Virus record (IMG/VR): IMGVR_UViG_3300045988_041681
Span: 1 to 42,850 of that record
Strand: one strand, 5' to 3'
Source: a virus
Length of the DNA stretch: 42,850 nt
Both the position numbers and the translations under genes were made by a program. A model generated the notes under the pieces. The model ran no database searches. It was not told the origin of the DNA and saw only the letters and a list, made by a program, of their open reading frames with translations. Below are positions 7,315-16,584 of the stretch, piece by piece (within the stretch, counting starts at the first letter, position 1; each line of letters opens with the position of its first letter).

Positions 7315-7895
7315 ACTCCTTCCGGTTTCTCACACCGCTCAAATTCAATTACCCACACCCACGGATTAGCATCCCAACCGTAGCAATTGAGGTCGGATTT
7401 CTTGATGGTGGAATCCCATACATCAAAAAAACCAAGTGCTGTTGATGTATAATCGAAACATCCCTCTGCTTCTGCATCATCGTCTGTCATATCCTGCAAC
7501 CGCTCCACCCTCACATCCGTAACCTTAAGCCAGATACGTGCCGCTTCTTTCGGCATGTGGATTGACGGATGCCAAGTGCCTCTCCAACCTTTAGGTCGAA
7601 GTTCTCCATCAGCTTTGTAATAATAGATGGTATGACCACGCATATGACCTGCTTCATTGACTGGAAGTCCGCACCATGTTTCTCGAACATACAGGGTATC
7701 ACCCGGCTGATATGGTACTTTTATGATACAAGGCTCATTCCTGCCATTGTAGAGCATCAGTCCATCTCTAATATATCCAGTCCACTGTGGATTTTCTCCC
7801 GGTAAAAATCTTACCAGCCGACGAGTGCAAGTCTTCCGTCCGTCCAGAATTGCCCGAACCATTTCCGTGTTGAATAAAATCGGTTTAATTGCCAT
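7311..7895 (-). CDS. ASCH-like domain protein, 194 aa
   Basis: N-terminus KPILFNTEMVRAILDGRKTCTRR is characteristic of this phage family. Confidence 0.5.
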   Translation of the reverse strand: MAIKPILFNTEMVRAILDGRKTCTRRLVRFLPGENPQWTGYIRDGLMLYNGRNEPCIIKVPYQPGDTLYVRETWCGLPVNEAGHMRGHTIYYYKADGELRPKGWRGTWHPSIHMPKEAARIWLKVTDVRVERLQDMTDDDAEAEGCFDYTSTALGFFDVWDSTIKKSDLNCYGWDANPWVWVIEFERCEKPEGV

Positions 7896-8190
7896 CTACT
7901 CCACCGCCTTTCACAATCTCGATTGCTTTACTAATAAGGCATACCATGCAGTCCGATGCTTTACACTCTTCTCCAAAACAATCTTTGTTCACTGGTGATG
8001 TCATTATTTTTTCAACTTCTTCCAACTGTTCCACGACCTTGTCCGGGTCGTAGGCGGTCGGTTGCGCATCTATTAATTTTAAAATTGCATCTTTAATATC
8101 ATTAGTAAATACATCTTTATTTTCTACCTCATCCCAAATTCCTAAAATTTTTATATGTCCTTCTAATTCATCAGCATCAATCAATCTCAT
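7885..8190 (-). CDS. Hypothetical protein, 101 aa (start at internal MRLIDADEL)
   Basis: GGAGG lies 7 nt upstream of the ATG at 8190. The longer track ORF overlaps the Lar gene. Confidence 0.55.
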   Translation of the reverse strand: MRLIDADELEGHIKILGIWDEVENKDVFTNDIKDAILKLIDAQPTAYDPDKVVEQLEEVEKIMTSPVNKDCFGEECKASDCMVCLISKAIEIVKGGGVDGN

Positions 8191-8428
8191 CGTTCGCCCT
8201 CCTGTTCCAATCTGTAGTTGCTTTCGTTCGCTCGTCTTTCCCTGTTCTGATGTCTCCGTCCTGATCCATATACATCTCACATTCATAGCTTTTTGGAAGT
8301 TCTGTTCCGCATTTCATACATTTGATTTTGAACATTACCCCAACATCCGAATGTAATGGCTTATTTCTAATGGTTAAGAACATTGCTTTTCCACCGCAGA
8401 ACGGACATGGCTTAAGGCTTTCACTCAT
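8177..8428 (-). CDS. lar: Lar-family restriction alleviation protein
   Basis: N-terminal LKPCPFCGG and second CMKCG, typical of the Lar family. Confidence 0.65.
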   Translation of the reverse strand: MSESLKPCPFCGGKAMFLTIRNKPLHSDVGVMFKIKCMKCGTELPKSYECEMYMDQDGDIRTGKDERTKATTDWNRRANDEID

Positions 8429-8973
8429 TCTTCATCACCTCCAAAACTAAATTCAATCCCATCGCTCCAATCGACACCTAACTGTTTACATTTTGCTCTC
8501 GTAGATGTACCTCCAGAATGACTGGTTCTGAAAAGAAACAGTTCTTGAACGATACTAAAATATGACATTCTATAATAAAAGCGTTCCTCTTCGTCCAACT
8601 CCCTAATAGCATCTTCACCATGCACATATTCGTACCATTCCTCGAACTTTCCGACCAACTCCTGCATAAGGCTAATGCAATACTTCAAGATGTACTTTTC
8701 ATCGTGGCTCTCCAATTCTTTCTCTACAATCTGTTTCTCCATCGCCGCCCGGCATTCTTCCACCGTGCCGATTGCGCGGTACTGCTTCAGTTCTTCCAAC
8801 CATTCAGCAAGTTGCTCATGTTCGTTTGCACATATAGTATTGCCATATGTAATGGCTTCTTTATCAACCGATTCTGGAATATACGCATTATCTTCGATTA
8901 GTCTTGCTGACATCTTTTGGCATTCAGCCACTTCTCTTGCGTGTGATATAGCTTCATCAATTGTCATAGTCAC
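8425..8973 (-). CDS. Hypothetical protein, 182 aa
   Basis: Intact ORF with overlapping start/stop to its neighbours. Confidence 0.6.
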   Translation of the reverse strand: MTMTIDEAISHAREVAECQKMSARLIEDNAYIPESVDKEAITYGNTICANEHEQLAEWLEELKQYRAIGTVEECRAAMEKQIVEKELESHDEKYILKYCISLMQELVGKFEEWYEYVHGEDAIRELDEEERFYYRMSYFSIVQELFLFRTSHSGGTSTRAKCKQLGVDWSDGIEFSFGGDEE

Positions 8974-9362
8974 ACCTCCAACAGTTCCGGGTTATCAATC
9001 ATGTTGCCGATCACTTCAAAATTCTCTGAATCAAAATCATCCAGTTCCTCGTAGTAATCACAGCCCGGCTCATTCGTACACCATCCGTTTTCATGCCACA
9101 CGACACGCTTTCTCGTCTCATCTTCTGGAAACTCAACGTCGATATGCCCTGAAAGAATATCATTCTCAAAAATCCGTCTGCCGCTTTTATCATTAAGTCC
9201 TGTGCACTGGCAAATAGTTGATGGGTCTATCTCGTAAACAGCTTTTTTACTTGCGAAAACCGGTTTAAAAATAAGCGGTCTTCCTGCAAGTTCATAATAA
9301 CTACCAGACATCCATTCTCCGTCATCAATGCACTTTCCGCGGAATAAATATCTATCTTCCAT
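8970..9362 (-). CDS. YopX family protein
   Basis: FRGK...GEW...CQCTGLNDKSGRRIFENDIL signature. GGAG RBS before the ATG at 9362. Confidence 0.8.
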   Translation of the reverse strand: MEDRYLFRGKCIDDGEWMSGSYYELAGRPLIFKPVFASKKAVYEIDPSTICQCTGLNDKSGRRIFENDILSGHIDVEFPEDETRKRVVWHENGWCTNEPGCDYYEELDDFDSENFEVIGNMIDNPELLEV

Positions 9363-9780
9363 CCTTTTTCTCCATTTCTTTCTGCAACCATTTCTTGATA
9401 TTATTTTTGCAACCTGTATCACAATTACTATGTCTGCAATTTATTTTGTCTGATAAATACACTACGCAATGCTGGCTCACAGTAGACAGCATTTCTGCCA
9501 ACTCCTCATCCGTCATGCTTCTGATCCGGTCTGCATTGGTCTGTGGCTTCTTCTGGTCTCTAAGAAACGCACCAATTACAGGCATATCCCTGTCTGCAAA
9601 AGAGAGATGCTCACTACTTTTCGCAGAATAGATAATCAAAGGATTCTGTCTTCCAGCTTTACCGGCTCTTAATACCTCATAATGATTGTTTGAGAGCGGA
9701 AGCAATTGCCATCCATCCTTAACCAGCCATTTCTTTAAATTTTCTAACTTACTGATATGTAACACATTTCTTTTTGCCAT
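9352..9780 (-). CDS. Hypothetical protein, 142 aa
   Basis: Intact ORF in the early operon. Confidence 0.6.
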   Translation of the reverse strand: MAKRNVLHISKLENLKKWLVKDGWQLLPLSNNHYEVLRAGKAGRQNPLIIYSAKSSEHLSFADRDMPVIGAFLRDQKKPQTNADRIRSMTDEELAEMLSTVSQHCVVYLSDKINCRHSNCDTGCKNNIKKWLQKEMEKKDGR

Positions 9781-9784
9781 ATTT

Positions 9785-9976
9785 CTACCTCACTAAATCC
9801 GTTATTTTAACAGATACCCCTTTATATTTCCCGGTGCGACAATACTCTGCTGTATCAAAAAAACAAATGCATCCATCATCTTTTTTTTCAAGTGCTATGC
9901 TTACACCATTGCTTACCAGTGTATTTTTTAACAACATCAGCACCGCTTCTATCTCCTGCTTGGTTTCATCTGTCAT
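9785..9976 (-). CDS. Hypothetical protein, 63 aa
   Basis: ORF with GAGGAGGG RBS. Confidence 0.5.
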   Translation of the reverse strand: MTDETKQEIEAVLMLLKNTLVSNGVSIALEKKDDGCICFFDTAEYCRTGKYKGVSVKITDLVR

Positions 9977-10169
9977 TTCAACTGTACCCTCCTCTTTTTT
10001 CTACCTCTCTTTTCGAATTTATCGCACATTCCTACCGGACAGCCGCGTCTTAATCCTGTCTGTGAATAATATCAACACATGACCTCTGTTTGACTGTGCT
10101 TGTATGAGTAAATACATTTACGGCAGTATTTTATGCTTGTCTTTATCATCTCTCCCATGTTAATAATCC

Positions 10170-10763
10170 TTATTTCACCGCTTTTCCTGTTACAATATCC
10201 CAATTTTCATCCTCAATAAACTGATTCCGAATAATCTCATCCGTCAGATAGTGCTCCTTACTCTTTGGCTGCTTGCGCCAATAGGAATCAATGTAATAGG
10301 CAACCCAATTCATAAATTCTTCGATTTTGGCATTTGAGAAACGGTAAGAATCTTTTAATGTCGGAATTGTCAGATACATTGTGGAGGCAAGCGCGCTCTC
10401 GATATTCCGATCTGCGCCAAGCACTGCCCGTCCATTTTTTATATCTGCCATATACAATTTTTGTGACATTGGGATTGATTTTACCCACTTGACCACATCA
10501 ATTTTCTTTTTACGGCAATATGCCATCATGCTCTCGCTCGTTACCGCTTCGTCATCATCGTCCTGCCAAGATTTCCGACGCTCAACGGTTTTGCTATAAA
10601 AATTCGTGACCTGCTTAAACGTCATATCAAACTTGTCATACAAAATGGCTGTAAAAATATATCCCATGTGATTCGCGATATTATCTCCTAACTGACATTT
10701 TGCTAATTCCTGCTTATAAACAATCGACGGAATTAACCTCTGTCTCTGCTGTACGTTATGCAT
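10170..10763 (-). CDS. Hypothetical protein, 197 aa
   Basis: Intact ORF with AAGGAAGG RBS. Confidence 0.6.
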   Translation of the reverse strand: MHNVQQRQRLIPSIVYKQELAKCQLGDNIANHMGYIFTAILYDKFDMTFKQVTNFYSKTVERRKSWQDDDDEAVTSESMMAYCRKKKIDVVKWVKSIPMSQKLYMADIKNGRAVLGADRNIESALASTMYLTIPTLKDSYRFSNAKIEEFMNWVAYYIDSYWRKQPKSKEHYLTDEIIRNQFIEDENWDIVTGKAVK

Positions 10764-10785
10764 TTGTTCACCTTCCTTGTATTTT

Positions 10786-11622
10786 TTATTTTATATTTCC
10801 ACCCGCCATCATCTTTTCAATGATTTCCTCCTGCATCCGCTCTGCGATATGATCCCGGACTGATTCTTCTGGAAATGCGATCTGATATGTCCGCTCCTTA
10901 ATCCGGTTCGTGATCCGGTCATCGTAGGATAGCTTGTCCAGCGGATCATTACTCGTGAAAATCGTTACCTTCTGGTTTATGTACCGCTCGTTGATGATCT
11001 GATACATTTTGTCGTTGATCCATGCCGCCGGTGCTTCCACACCAAAATCATCAATGATTAAAATATCCGTTGTGGAAAGTGCATCTAAAAGCTGGCTTTC
11101 ATTGCCTGCTGCATCCCTGCGCCATGTATTCTTGATTTCCTGCAAGATGGTCAGTGATACTGCAAATTTGACTGTATATCTTTTCATCAGTTCATTTGCA
11201 ATCCCGGCAGAAATCCTTGTCTTACCGCTTCCCTTTGTCCTCGACCAGATATACAGTCCCATGCCTCTTTCCTTCTGGCTCTCGAAATCATCCAGATAGG
11301 TTTTTATGATTTTACAGGCATCTGACACCATCTTTTTACTTTCCTGCTTTCTGTACACATCCATTCGAAACGATCTCAGATCCATCCCACGGAATGCCTC
11401 CGGTATATCTGCGAATCGCAACCGCCTTGACATGACCGCTTTCTCACGGCATTTACACGGTACTGCGATTTCCACACCGTCTTTTATTTTTAAAATCCAC
11501 TCCCGCCCTTCGCAAATTGGACACACATCAGAATCCCTGGAAGTCTCCTGTGTCTCCACATTCCTGCATAAGTTCGTTGAGTGATTTTTCATGCGTTCCA
11601 GTATCTCTTCCAACTGTTCCAT
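10786..11622 (-). CDS. DnaC/IstB-like AAA+ helicase loader
   Basis: Walker A GSGKT, Walker B LIIDDFG, N-terminal CPIC zinc motif. AAAGGAGAG RBS. Confidence 0.85.
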   Translation of the reverse strand: MEQLEEILERMKNHSTNLCRNVETQETSRDSDVCPICEGREWILKIKDGVEIAVPCKCREKAVMSRRLRFADIPEAFRGMDLRSFRMDVYRKQESKKMVSDACKIIKTYLDDFESQKERGMGLYIWSRTKGSGKTRISAGIANELMKRYTVKFAVSLTILQEIKNTWRRDAAGNESQLLDALSTTDILIIDDFGVEAPAAWINDKMYQIINERYINQKVTIFTSNDPLDKLSYDDRITNRIKERTYQIAFPEESVRDHIAERMQEEIIEKMMAGGNIK

Positions 11623-12274
11623 CGTTCTCTCCTTTCAGGTACTGCATAAATAAGTTTTCACGAAGAAAGTTCTCCGGCTTTTTAATATACCGCTCTGTTG
11701 TTTTCTCCCGTCTACATATATCTGCATAATTCTGTGCGGCCAATACCAGATCATCTTCCGGTACACCAGCCAGTACTGCATTGCAGTATTCTGTTTCAAC
11801 AAGACAGCCAGTACACCGTTTCGGATAGACTGCTGCAAACTCTGCATACCGTTCCACGGGGGATATAGGGGGTGTATTTTGTTTATGTTTATGTCTTTGT
11901 TTATTAATAGGTTCACTTTGTGGTTCAAACTGTGGTGCAATTTGCAGTTCACTTTGTGGTTCATCTTGTGGTTCATTTTTACTGTAATTTTGAACCACAA
12001 GACTATTTATTTTATATTGTGCTGCAAGATTCCCACCGCGCGATTTCCATTCGATGAACCCATCTGTAGCAAGCTTGTTTCTCGCTCTCTTTAACGCTGA
12101 TGCATTTAATCCAGACCGAAGTCCAAGGACTGACGAGGCTACCGTAAACGTATCTGGCCACCCTGCCTTATTCGCTATGGACATTAACGCATGCCATAAG
12201 GCGATTGCAGTGTTGGGCTGCGGGTTTAGTTCGAGCCTGTCGTAAAATGCTTTTATCTCAGCTAAATAGTTCAA
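11528..12274 (-). CDS. Replisome organizer / DnaD-like replication initiator
   Basis: Winged-helix-like N-terminus (ALWHALMSIANKAGWPDTF...LKRARNKLATDGFIEW). EPQ repeat linker. Positioned just upstream of the loader. Confidence 0.7.
   Translation of the reverse strand: MNYLAEIKAFYDRLELNPQPNTAIALWHALMSIANKAGWPDTFTVASSVLGLRSGLNASALKRARNKLATDGFIEWKSRGGNLAAQYKINSLVVQNYSKNEPQDEPQSELQIAPQFEPQSEPINKQRHKHKQNTPPISPVERYAEFAAVYPKRCTGCLVETEYCNAVLAGVPEDDLVLAAQNYADICRREKTTERYIKKPENFLRENLFMQYLKGENDGTVGRDTGTHEKSLNELMQECGDTGDFQGF
11918..12000 (+). repeat. Iteron-like TTGTGGTTCA repeats inside the organizer gene (3 direct, 1 inverted, plus degenerate copies)
   Basis: Perfect 10-mers at 11918, 11954 and 11966. 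Inverted TGAACCACAA at 11991. Confidence 0.8.
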
Positions 12275-12666
12275 GTTTCCACCTCCCGAATCCTAACTTC
12301 AATCCGTGGATTTTCAGCATCTATACGAAATTCATCAGAGAATCCACAGATCTGCTCCCAGCCATCATTTTTTAATACATGGCAGTTAACTAATGCATCC
12401 TGGATCACTTTTCTGCCGAATGACGATATATTGTCCAAATCACGCCTTTTATTCTTTTCCACCCACAGATATTCCATAAATACTTTTTTATTGATATTTA
12501 CGTCTCTCAGACACTTTCTGATGTACACAGAAACAATAGCTTCATTCTGCTTTTTCATCTCTCCGCCTTTATATCTGCTTGCCTTATCCGCACGGATAAA
12601 ATCATTCAGATTATCCAGTCTCCCTGGAATGATTAGTAAGTATTCCAATCTCACGCCACCTTTCAA
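12271..12666 (-). CDS. rusA: RusA-family Holliday junction resolvase
   Basis: About 130 aa. LIIPGRLDNLN...DNISSFGRKVIQDALV...LKNDGW pattern. Confidence 0.65.
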   Translation of the reverse strand: MKGGVRLEYLLIIPGRLDNLNDFIRADKASRYKGGEMKKQNEAIVSVYIRKCLRDVNINKKVFMEYLWVEKNKRRDLDNISSFGRKVIQDALVNCHVLKNDGWEQICGFSDEFRIDAENPRIEVRIREVET

Positions 12667-12925
12667 ATGTCATTTTCATCGAGAGCCGCTTCTTTAGAAC
12701 CGCTCTAGCTCTATGTAAATCTTTTGCAAGATATTCTTGAAGTTCTTTCTCATCCACCGGATCACCGTGGACTGGTCTGTAATAACCATTGCCAACGTTA
12801 ATGATGCAGTCACCTTCGTTGTTCGCACTCTCGACCATTTTTCGAAACTTTCTGTCTTTTACCGGGTTTGACATTCTAGCCATTGGCTCTTTGTGTCCAT
12901 AGGGAATATCGTTGATCGTATTCAT
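12611..12925 (-). CDS. Hypothetical protein, 104 aa
   Basis: Intact ORF with AAAGGGGA RBS. Confidence 0.55.
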   Translation of the reverse strand: MNTINDIPYGHKEPMARMSNPVKDRKFRKMVESANNEGDCIINVGNGYYRPVHGDPVDEKELQEYLAKDLHRARAVLKKRLSMKMTFERWREIGILTNHSRETG

Positions 12926-12938
12926 TAATCCCCTTTCT

Positions 12939-12960
12939 TCTCCGGGACTAAACCCGGAGA
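12939..12960. other. Stem-loop TCTCCGGG-actaaa-CCCGGAGA
   Basis: 8-bp perfect stem directly upstream of the RBS of 12925. No U-tract. Confidence 0.5.
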
Positions 12961-13044
12961 TAATAACCAGCTTCCAATAATTCGTGATATATTATTTTCT
13001 GCATGAATAGGTTTCTTTCTGCCGACCGGCAAGGTGTTCCAACC

Positions 13045-13344
13045 CTATAACCACGACTTTCCAAAAATATCTCTGAAATCTTCTCTTGTTCCGTAATGAG
13101 ATTCAAAATATTCCTGCGCCATAGTTTTTAATTTCAAATCAATTTCTTTTGCATTGGCGCCTCTCTGCGCTCCGTTAGGATGCAGATCAGGTCTGAGCGG
13201 AATAACAAAACCATACTTTTCACTGTTTTTACGGTTTGAACTTCCAAAGATATGATGTCTTTCCACCGGATATGTTCCGGTAAAATAACAGTGATCCATA
13301 TCATCCGTGAACACGCTCCAAAGCTTTTTACTCATGTTCCACAC
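13045..13344 (-). CDS. Hypothetical protein, 99 aa. Possible small His-Me-finger-type nuclease.
   Basis: CYFTG...VERHHIFGSSNRKNSEKYG...LHPNG motif. Family not recognised with certainty. Confidence 0.5.
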   Translation of the reverse strand: MWNMSKKLWSVFTDDMDHCYFTGTYPVERHHIFGSSNRKNSEKYGFVIPLRPDLHPNGAQRGANAKEIDLKLKTMAQEYFESHYGTREDFRDIFGKSWL

Positions 13345-13862
13345 TCCTGTTTCATTCGTTCCAATTCATCCGGTGTAGCTGTCTCAATTCCAAGTTCCTT
13401 TGCTTCTTCAACAATCCGATCTATAAAGTGGCTCATTTCGGCAGTATCGTATTCACTGGATCCTTTAATCATCAGATATGAAGCAAATTTCCCATTGTCT
13501 TTAATAAATTTCCAATGACCATCTACCTTTGACATATCCACTGATTTTTTTACTGTGATTGTGATATATCCATCTTCATCCTCATATAATGTTCCATATT
13601 TCTGGAGCATCTGCTCATATACATCCTCTTTACTTGAAGATATATCTGGATGATTGGCAATCTTCGTCATTAATACCCACGCATAAGCATTTGCATCAAG
13701 GCTTCGTTTCTGCTTATATTTGACCGCTCGGATACGTAACAGATCATCTGATCTCATATTTTCAACCTGTCCTGCTGCCGAAGAATCAACCTCAAATGTA
13801 AGGATGATGCCTTGTCCATTTAATGTACGGCTCGCTCCGGTCAGTTTTCCTATAGTATCCAT
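13332..13862 (-). CDS. ninB: NinB/Orf-like recombination mediator
   Basis: LTFEVDS...KRSLDANAYAWVLMTKIA parallels lambda NinB LTFEIRS...RSLDQNRKLWACLGDV (recalled from memory). It sits beside the ERF gene. Confidence 0.55.
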   Translation of the reverse strand: MDTIGKLTGASRTLNGQGIILTFEVDSSAAGQVENMRSDDLLRIRAVKYKQKRSLDANAYAWVLMTKIANHPDISSSKEDVYEQMLQKYGTLYEDEDGYITITVKKSVDMSKVDGHWKFIKDNGKFASYLMIKGSSEYDTAEMSHFIDRIVEEAKELGIETATPDELERMKQECGT

Positions 13863-13865
13863 AAG

Positions 13866-14528
13866 CTACTCTTCTTTCTTTTTCTTATACCAGCACTTAA
13901 CCTGTTCAATGATCTTAGCAGCCATTTCACTTGATAGATCTGAAGTCTTTTCAAAATGATATTTTTCTTTCAGCGTTTTCCAGATATCATTGGATGTAGC
14001 ATTCTCACACATATCAGAATACGCGCTTACAAAATCTGTCATTGTCCTAAGCTGTTCTACGGTTGCTGGAACAAAATCATTTTTAGGTTCTACAGTATGG
14101 CTTTCTGAATCTGGATCCTGCATCTCTTCGGTAGGAATACAGAACACTTGGAAACAAGCATATTTAAACGCAATCGCCATAGCTTTATTCGTTGCCTTAT
14201 CTCCGGAATCCATGCCCTCACCGATTGTTACCGCCGTGATACTGCTTCCATCTTCCGCATAAAAGGTATATTTAATCTTGCAGACCGAATAGATCAGCGT
14301 TGCACCTTTTATGGATTTTCTTTCTTCTCTGGTCTGTTCTAAGACCTCTGGAACGATAAATATATGATTGTTGGCCAATGCCGGATTGATTGCATTCATT
14401 ACCGCATCAATTCCGCGGTATTTAAACCCCTGCGTCTTATTCACATCATTTTTTCCAACCGCACCGATTTCTTCCATGCACTTTGATATTGCCTGATATA
14501 TGTTCATCTGTTTTGCTGTCTCTGCCAT
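13866..14528 (-). CDS. erf: ERF-family single-strand annealing protein
   Basis: NIYQAISKCMEEIGAVGKN...GFKYRGIDAV...GEGMDSGDKATNKAMAIAFKYA is typical of ERF. Confidence 0.85.
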   Translation of the reverse strand: MAETAKQMNIYQAISKCMEEIGAVGKNDVNKTQGFKYRGIDAVMNAINPALANNHIFIVPEVLEQTREERKSIKGATLIYSVCKIKYTFYAEDGSSITAVTIGEGMDSGDKATNKAMAIAFKYACFQVFCIPTEEMQDPDSESHTVEPKNDFVPATVEQLRTMTDFVSAYSDMCENATSNDIWKTLKEKYHFEKTSDLSSEMAAKIIEQVKCWYKKKKEE

Positions 14529-15406
14529 TATCGTACTCTCCTATACTTAATTTCTAAGCTGCGCATCTGTGCTTCCAACTGCACGATCTGGAACGGATCA
14601 GCAATAATCTCATAAACAATGGAATCATTAACCGGCTTCGGCTCAATAATAATTTCTTCCGGTGCAGTCTGCGCAACTGGTGATTCCTGCATCGGAGTAT
14701 CAATAGCAGAATTAACCTCTGATGCCGTACGTGCTTCCTCTTCGGCTTTTCTTTTGGCTTCCTCTTCCTGTCTGCGCAAAATCTCTTCTTTCTGCTTCTG
14801 ATACTGATTCATGACCTCAATAGCATCTGATAATTCTAAGGTTGTCTTATATTTCTCAATTCCTTTATCCTCAAACTCTGATTCCATGCTGCGGATAATA
14901 CCGAGGTCTTTTTCTACATGATCCACTCTCTCTGTAATGGCTTCTGTGATTGCTTTCTTTGTAGTAGTGGCATTCTCCCACTTGCTGTCATAAATTCTCT
15001 GTAAAGGAAGATATCCGCTCGCTTCCTCATGCTCTGCCATGATCTCCGTATAAATTTCAGAAATCAGCGCTTTCTTTTCTTCCACACGCTTGCGCTCAAA
15101 TTCTTCCACCTGGTTATTAATAAAGTTGATAGGTTCATCAATCAGATTGTCCAGTTCCTTTACCTGCGCTTCAAAATTGGTGTAAGGAATCATAAAAGAT
15201 TTCTTCACTTCCAGCTTTTTATCGTTAACTGATTTTTTCAGTTTTCTAAGACTTGCAATTGTTTTTTTTGCTTCTGTCTTGGATTCCTCCGTGAAAATCA
15301 TATTTTTATAAATTTCCAGCTCGGAATTAAGTTTTTCCTTAATCTCCTCAAAATTAAAACCAATAACACCATTTTTCTGCTCAACATTTACTCTGATTTC
15401 TTCCAT
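14528..15406 (-). CDS. DUF1351-like protein
   Basis: Coiled-coil protein, 292 aa. N-terminal GFNFEEIKEKL...EESKTEAKKTIASLRKLKK pattern. The usual partner of ERF/RecT genes. Confidence 0.65.
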   Translation of the reverse strand: MEEIRVNVEQKNGVIGFNFEEIKEKLNSELEIYKNMIFTEESKTEAKKTIASLRKLKKSVNDKKLEVKKSFMIPYTNFEAQVKELDNLIDEPINFINNQVEEFERKRVEEKKALISEIYTEIMAEHEEASGYLPLQRIYDSKWENATTTKKAITEAITERVDHVEKDLGIIRSMESEFEDKGIEKYKTTLELSDAIEVMNQYQKQKEEILRRQEEEAKRKAEEEARTASEVNSAIDTPMQESPVAQTAPEEIIIEPKPVNDSIVYEIIADPFQIVQLEAQMRSLEIKYRRVR

Positions 15407-15570
15407 CTTTCTTTTATCCTCTCTTCCTCTGATTCAATATCTGCCATCTCTTCACGTCTGGCTAGTCGCTCATGCAATCTATGAAGCCTTGCTTTCTCAG
15501 CTTCATACCGTTCATAATCATTGTCTGGAAATTCTTCAATTGGCATAGGTAACTGACTCCCTTTTTCCAT
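15388..15570 (-). CDS. Hypothetical protein, 60 aa
   Basis: Intact ORF overlapping both neighbours. Confidence 0.45.
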   Translation of the reverse strand: MEKGSQLPMPIEEFPDNDYERYEAEKARLHRLHERLARREEMADIESEEERIKERWKKSE

Positions 15571-15751
15571 CCTCTGTAATACTTACGGTAAATTCATTAG
15601 TATCTATTACGAATGTTCCATAAATATTTCCATCTGCTGCAAGGATTAAATTTCCATTTTCAATCCCTAAATTTTCAAGTAAAACTGATAAATCTTTCAG
15701 TGCATCAATAAGCTGTCCACTGTCATTTCTGCATAATCTAGTTGCTGGCAT
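15536..15751 (-). CDS. Hypothetical protein, 71 aa
   Basis: Intact ORF with GGAGGAA RBS. Confidence 0.5.
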   Translation of the reverse strand: MPATRLCRNDSGQLIDALKDLSVLLENLGIENGNLILAADGNIYGTFVIDTNEFTVSITEDGKRESVTYAN

Positions 15752-15803
15752 TTAAAAATTCCTCCATTTCCATCTGTCTGAAATCTGTGTATCTGACAGC
15801 TTT

Positions 15804-15908
15804 CTATTGCTGTTGCTTCATGTACTGCTCGTCCCGGCATTCTTCACACATGTTTCCTTCCCCTGGATCTAAACTGCATCCACAGATTCTGCATTTTCTG
15901 TAAATCAT
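15804..15908 (-). CDS. Micro-protein with two CxxC pairs, 34 aa
   Basis: Hand-translated MIYRKCRICGCSLDPGEGNMCEECRDEQYMKQQQ. Confidence 0.4.
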   Translation of the reverse strand: MIYRKCRICGCSLDPGEGNMCEECRDEQYMKQQQ

Positions 15909-16014
15909 AAAATCACGCTTTCCAAAAATTTAACTATGTGTTACAATAAACGCAGAAATACTTTTGTATTCCTACGGTAAATAGCACCAGTTCTCGCCAA
16001 AGAATGTTATGGTG

Positions 16015-16188
16015 CTATTTTTCTTTTTCACTGAGTAACCATCCTTTCATTTGATGGTAATGCGGTATGTATCTTTCAGCGTCAACCTCAATATGAAAAT
16101 CCGTTGCCACCTTCGCAATAATCATGCCGACCGCTATATCCTCGACATTCGGATTTTCCTCACCGCTCACGCATTGAGCATTTGTCAC
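16015..16188 (-). CDS. Hypothetical protein, 57 aa, GTG start
   Basis: GTGA start/stop overlap with the upstream ORF. GGAGGTGG RBS. Followed by a 9-bp inverted repeat (15981-16018). Confidence 0.4.
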   Translation of the reverse strand: MTNAQCVSGEENPNVEDIAVGMIIAKVATDFHIEVDAERYIPHYHQMKGWLLSEKEK

Positions 16189-16451
16189 TTTGCCACCTCC
16201 TCAAATTCCCCAAGGAACTCAACATCAGCGTCAAGCTTGTCCTTCCGGCGGATCATGTTAAAGTCTGCTTTCCGCTTTTCTTCCCGGCGGTTCTCCACGT
16301 CAAAGATCACAACTCCAATAAGTGCAATCACCGCACCGAGAGCTATTGCAATCAGCAGAAAAACATAATACATTCCATCCGCATCGAGCATTCCACCAAG
16401 AAACAGGATTCCAAACCCTACCGCTATAAAAACTTTTGCTACATTTTTCAT
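16185..16451 (-). CDS. Membrane protein, 88 aa (two predicted TM helices)
   Basis: Hydrophobic stretches VFIAVGFGILFLGG and VFLLIAIALGAVIALIGVVIF. Confidence 0.6.
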   Translation of the reverse strand: MKNVAKVFIAVGFGILFLGGMLDADGMYYVFLLIAIALGAVIALIGVVIFDVENRREEKRKADFNMIRRKDKLDADVEFLGEFEEVAK

Positions 16452-16567
16452 GATGCCTTGTCCTTGACTACAAGCTTAATTCCTTCCTGTCTTTCGTAAA
16501 TCTCTAACAGAATGTCCATAATCTTGGCTTTCCTCTCTGGTGTAATTTCCATGTCTGCTTTGTTCAT
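16448..16567 (-). CDS. Micro-protein, 39 aa
   Basis: Hand-translated MNKADMEITPERKAKIMDILLEIYERQEG... AAAGGAG RBS. ATGA overlap with the next ORF. Confidence 0.4.
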   Translation of the reverse strand: MNKADMEITPERKAKIMDILLEIYERQEGIKLVVKDKAS

Positions 16568-16584
16568 AGGAATCTCCTTTCTCA

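Noticed and set aside
11635-12000. 121-aa alternative-frame ORF inside the organizer gene
   Set aside because: It is produced by the same DNA repeats (HKMNHKVN...). The organizer frame has the recognisable winged-helix N-terminus and correct coupling to the DnaC-like gene.
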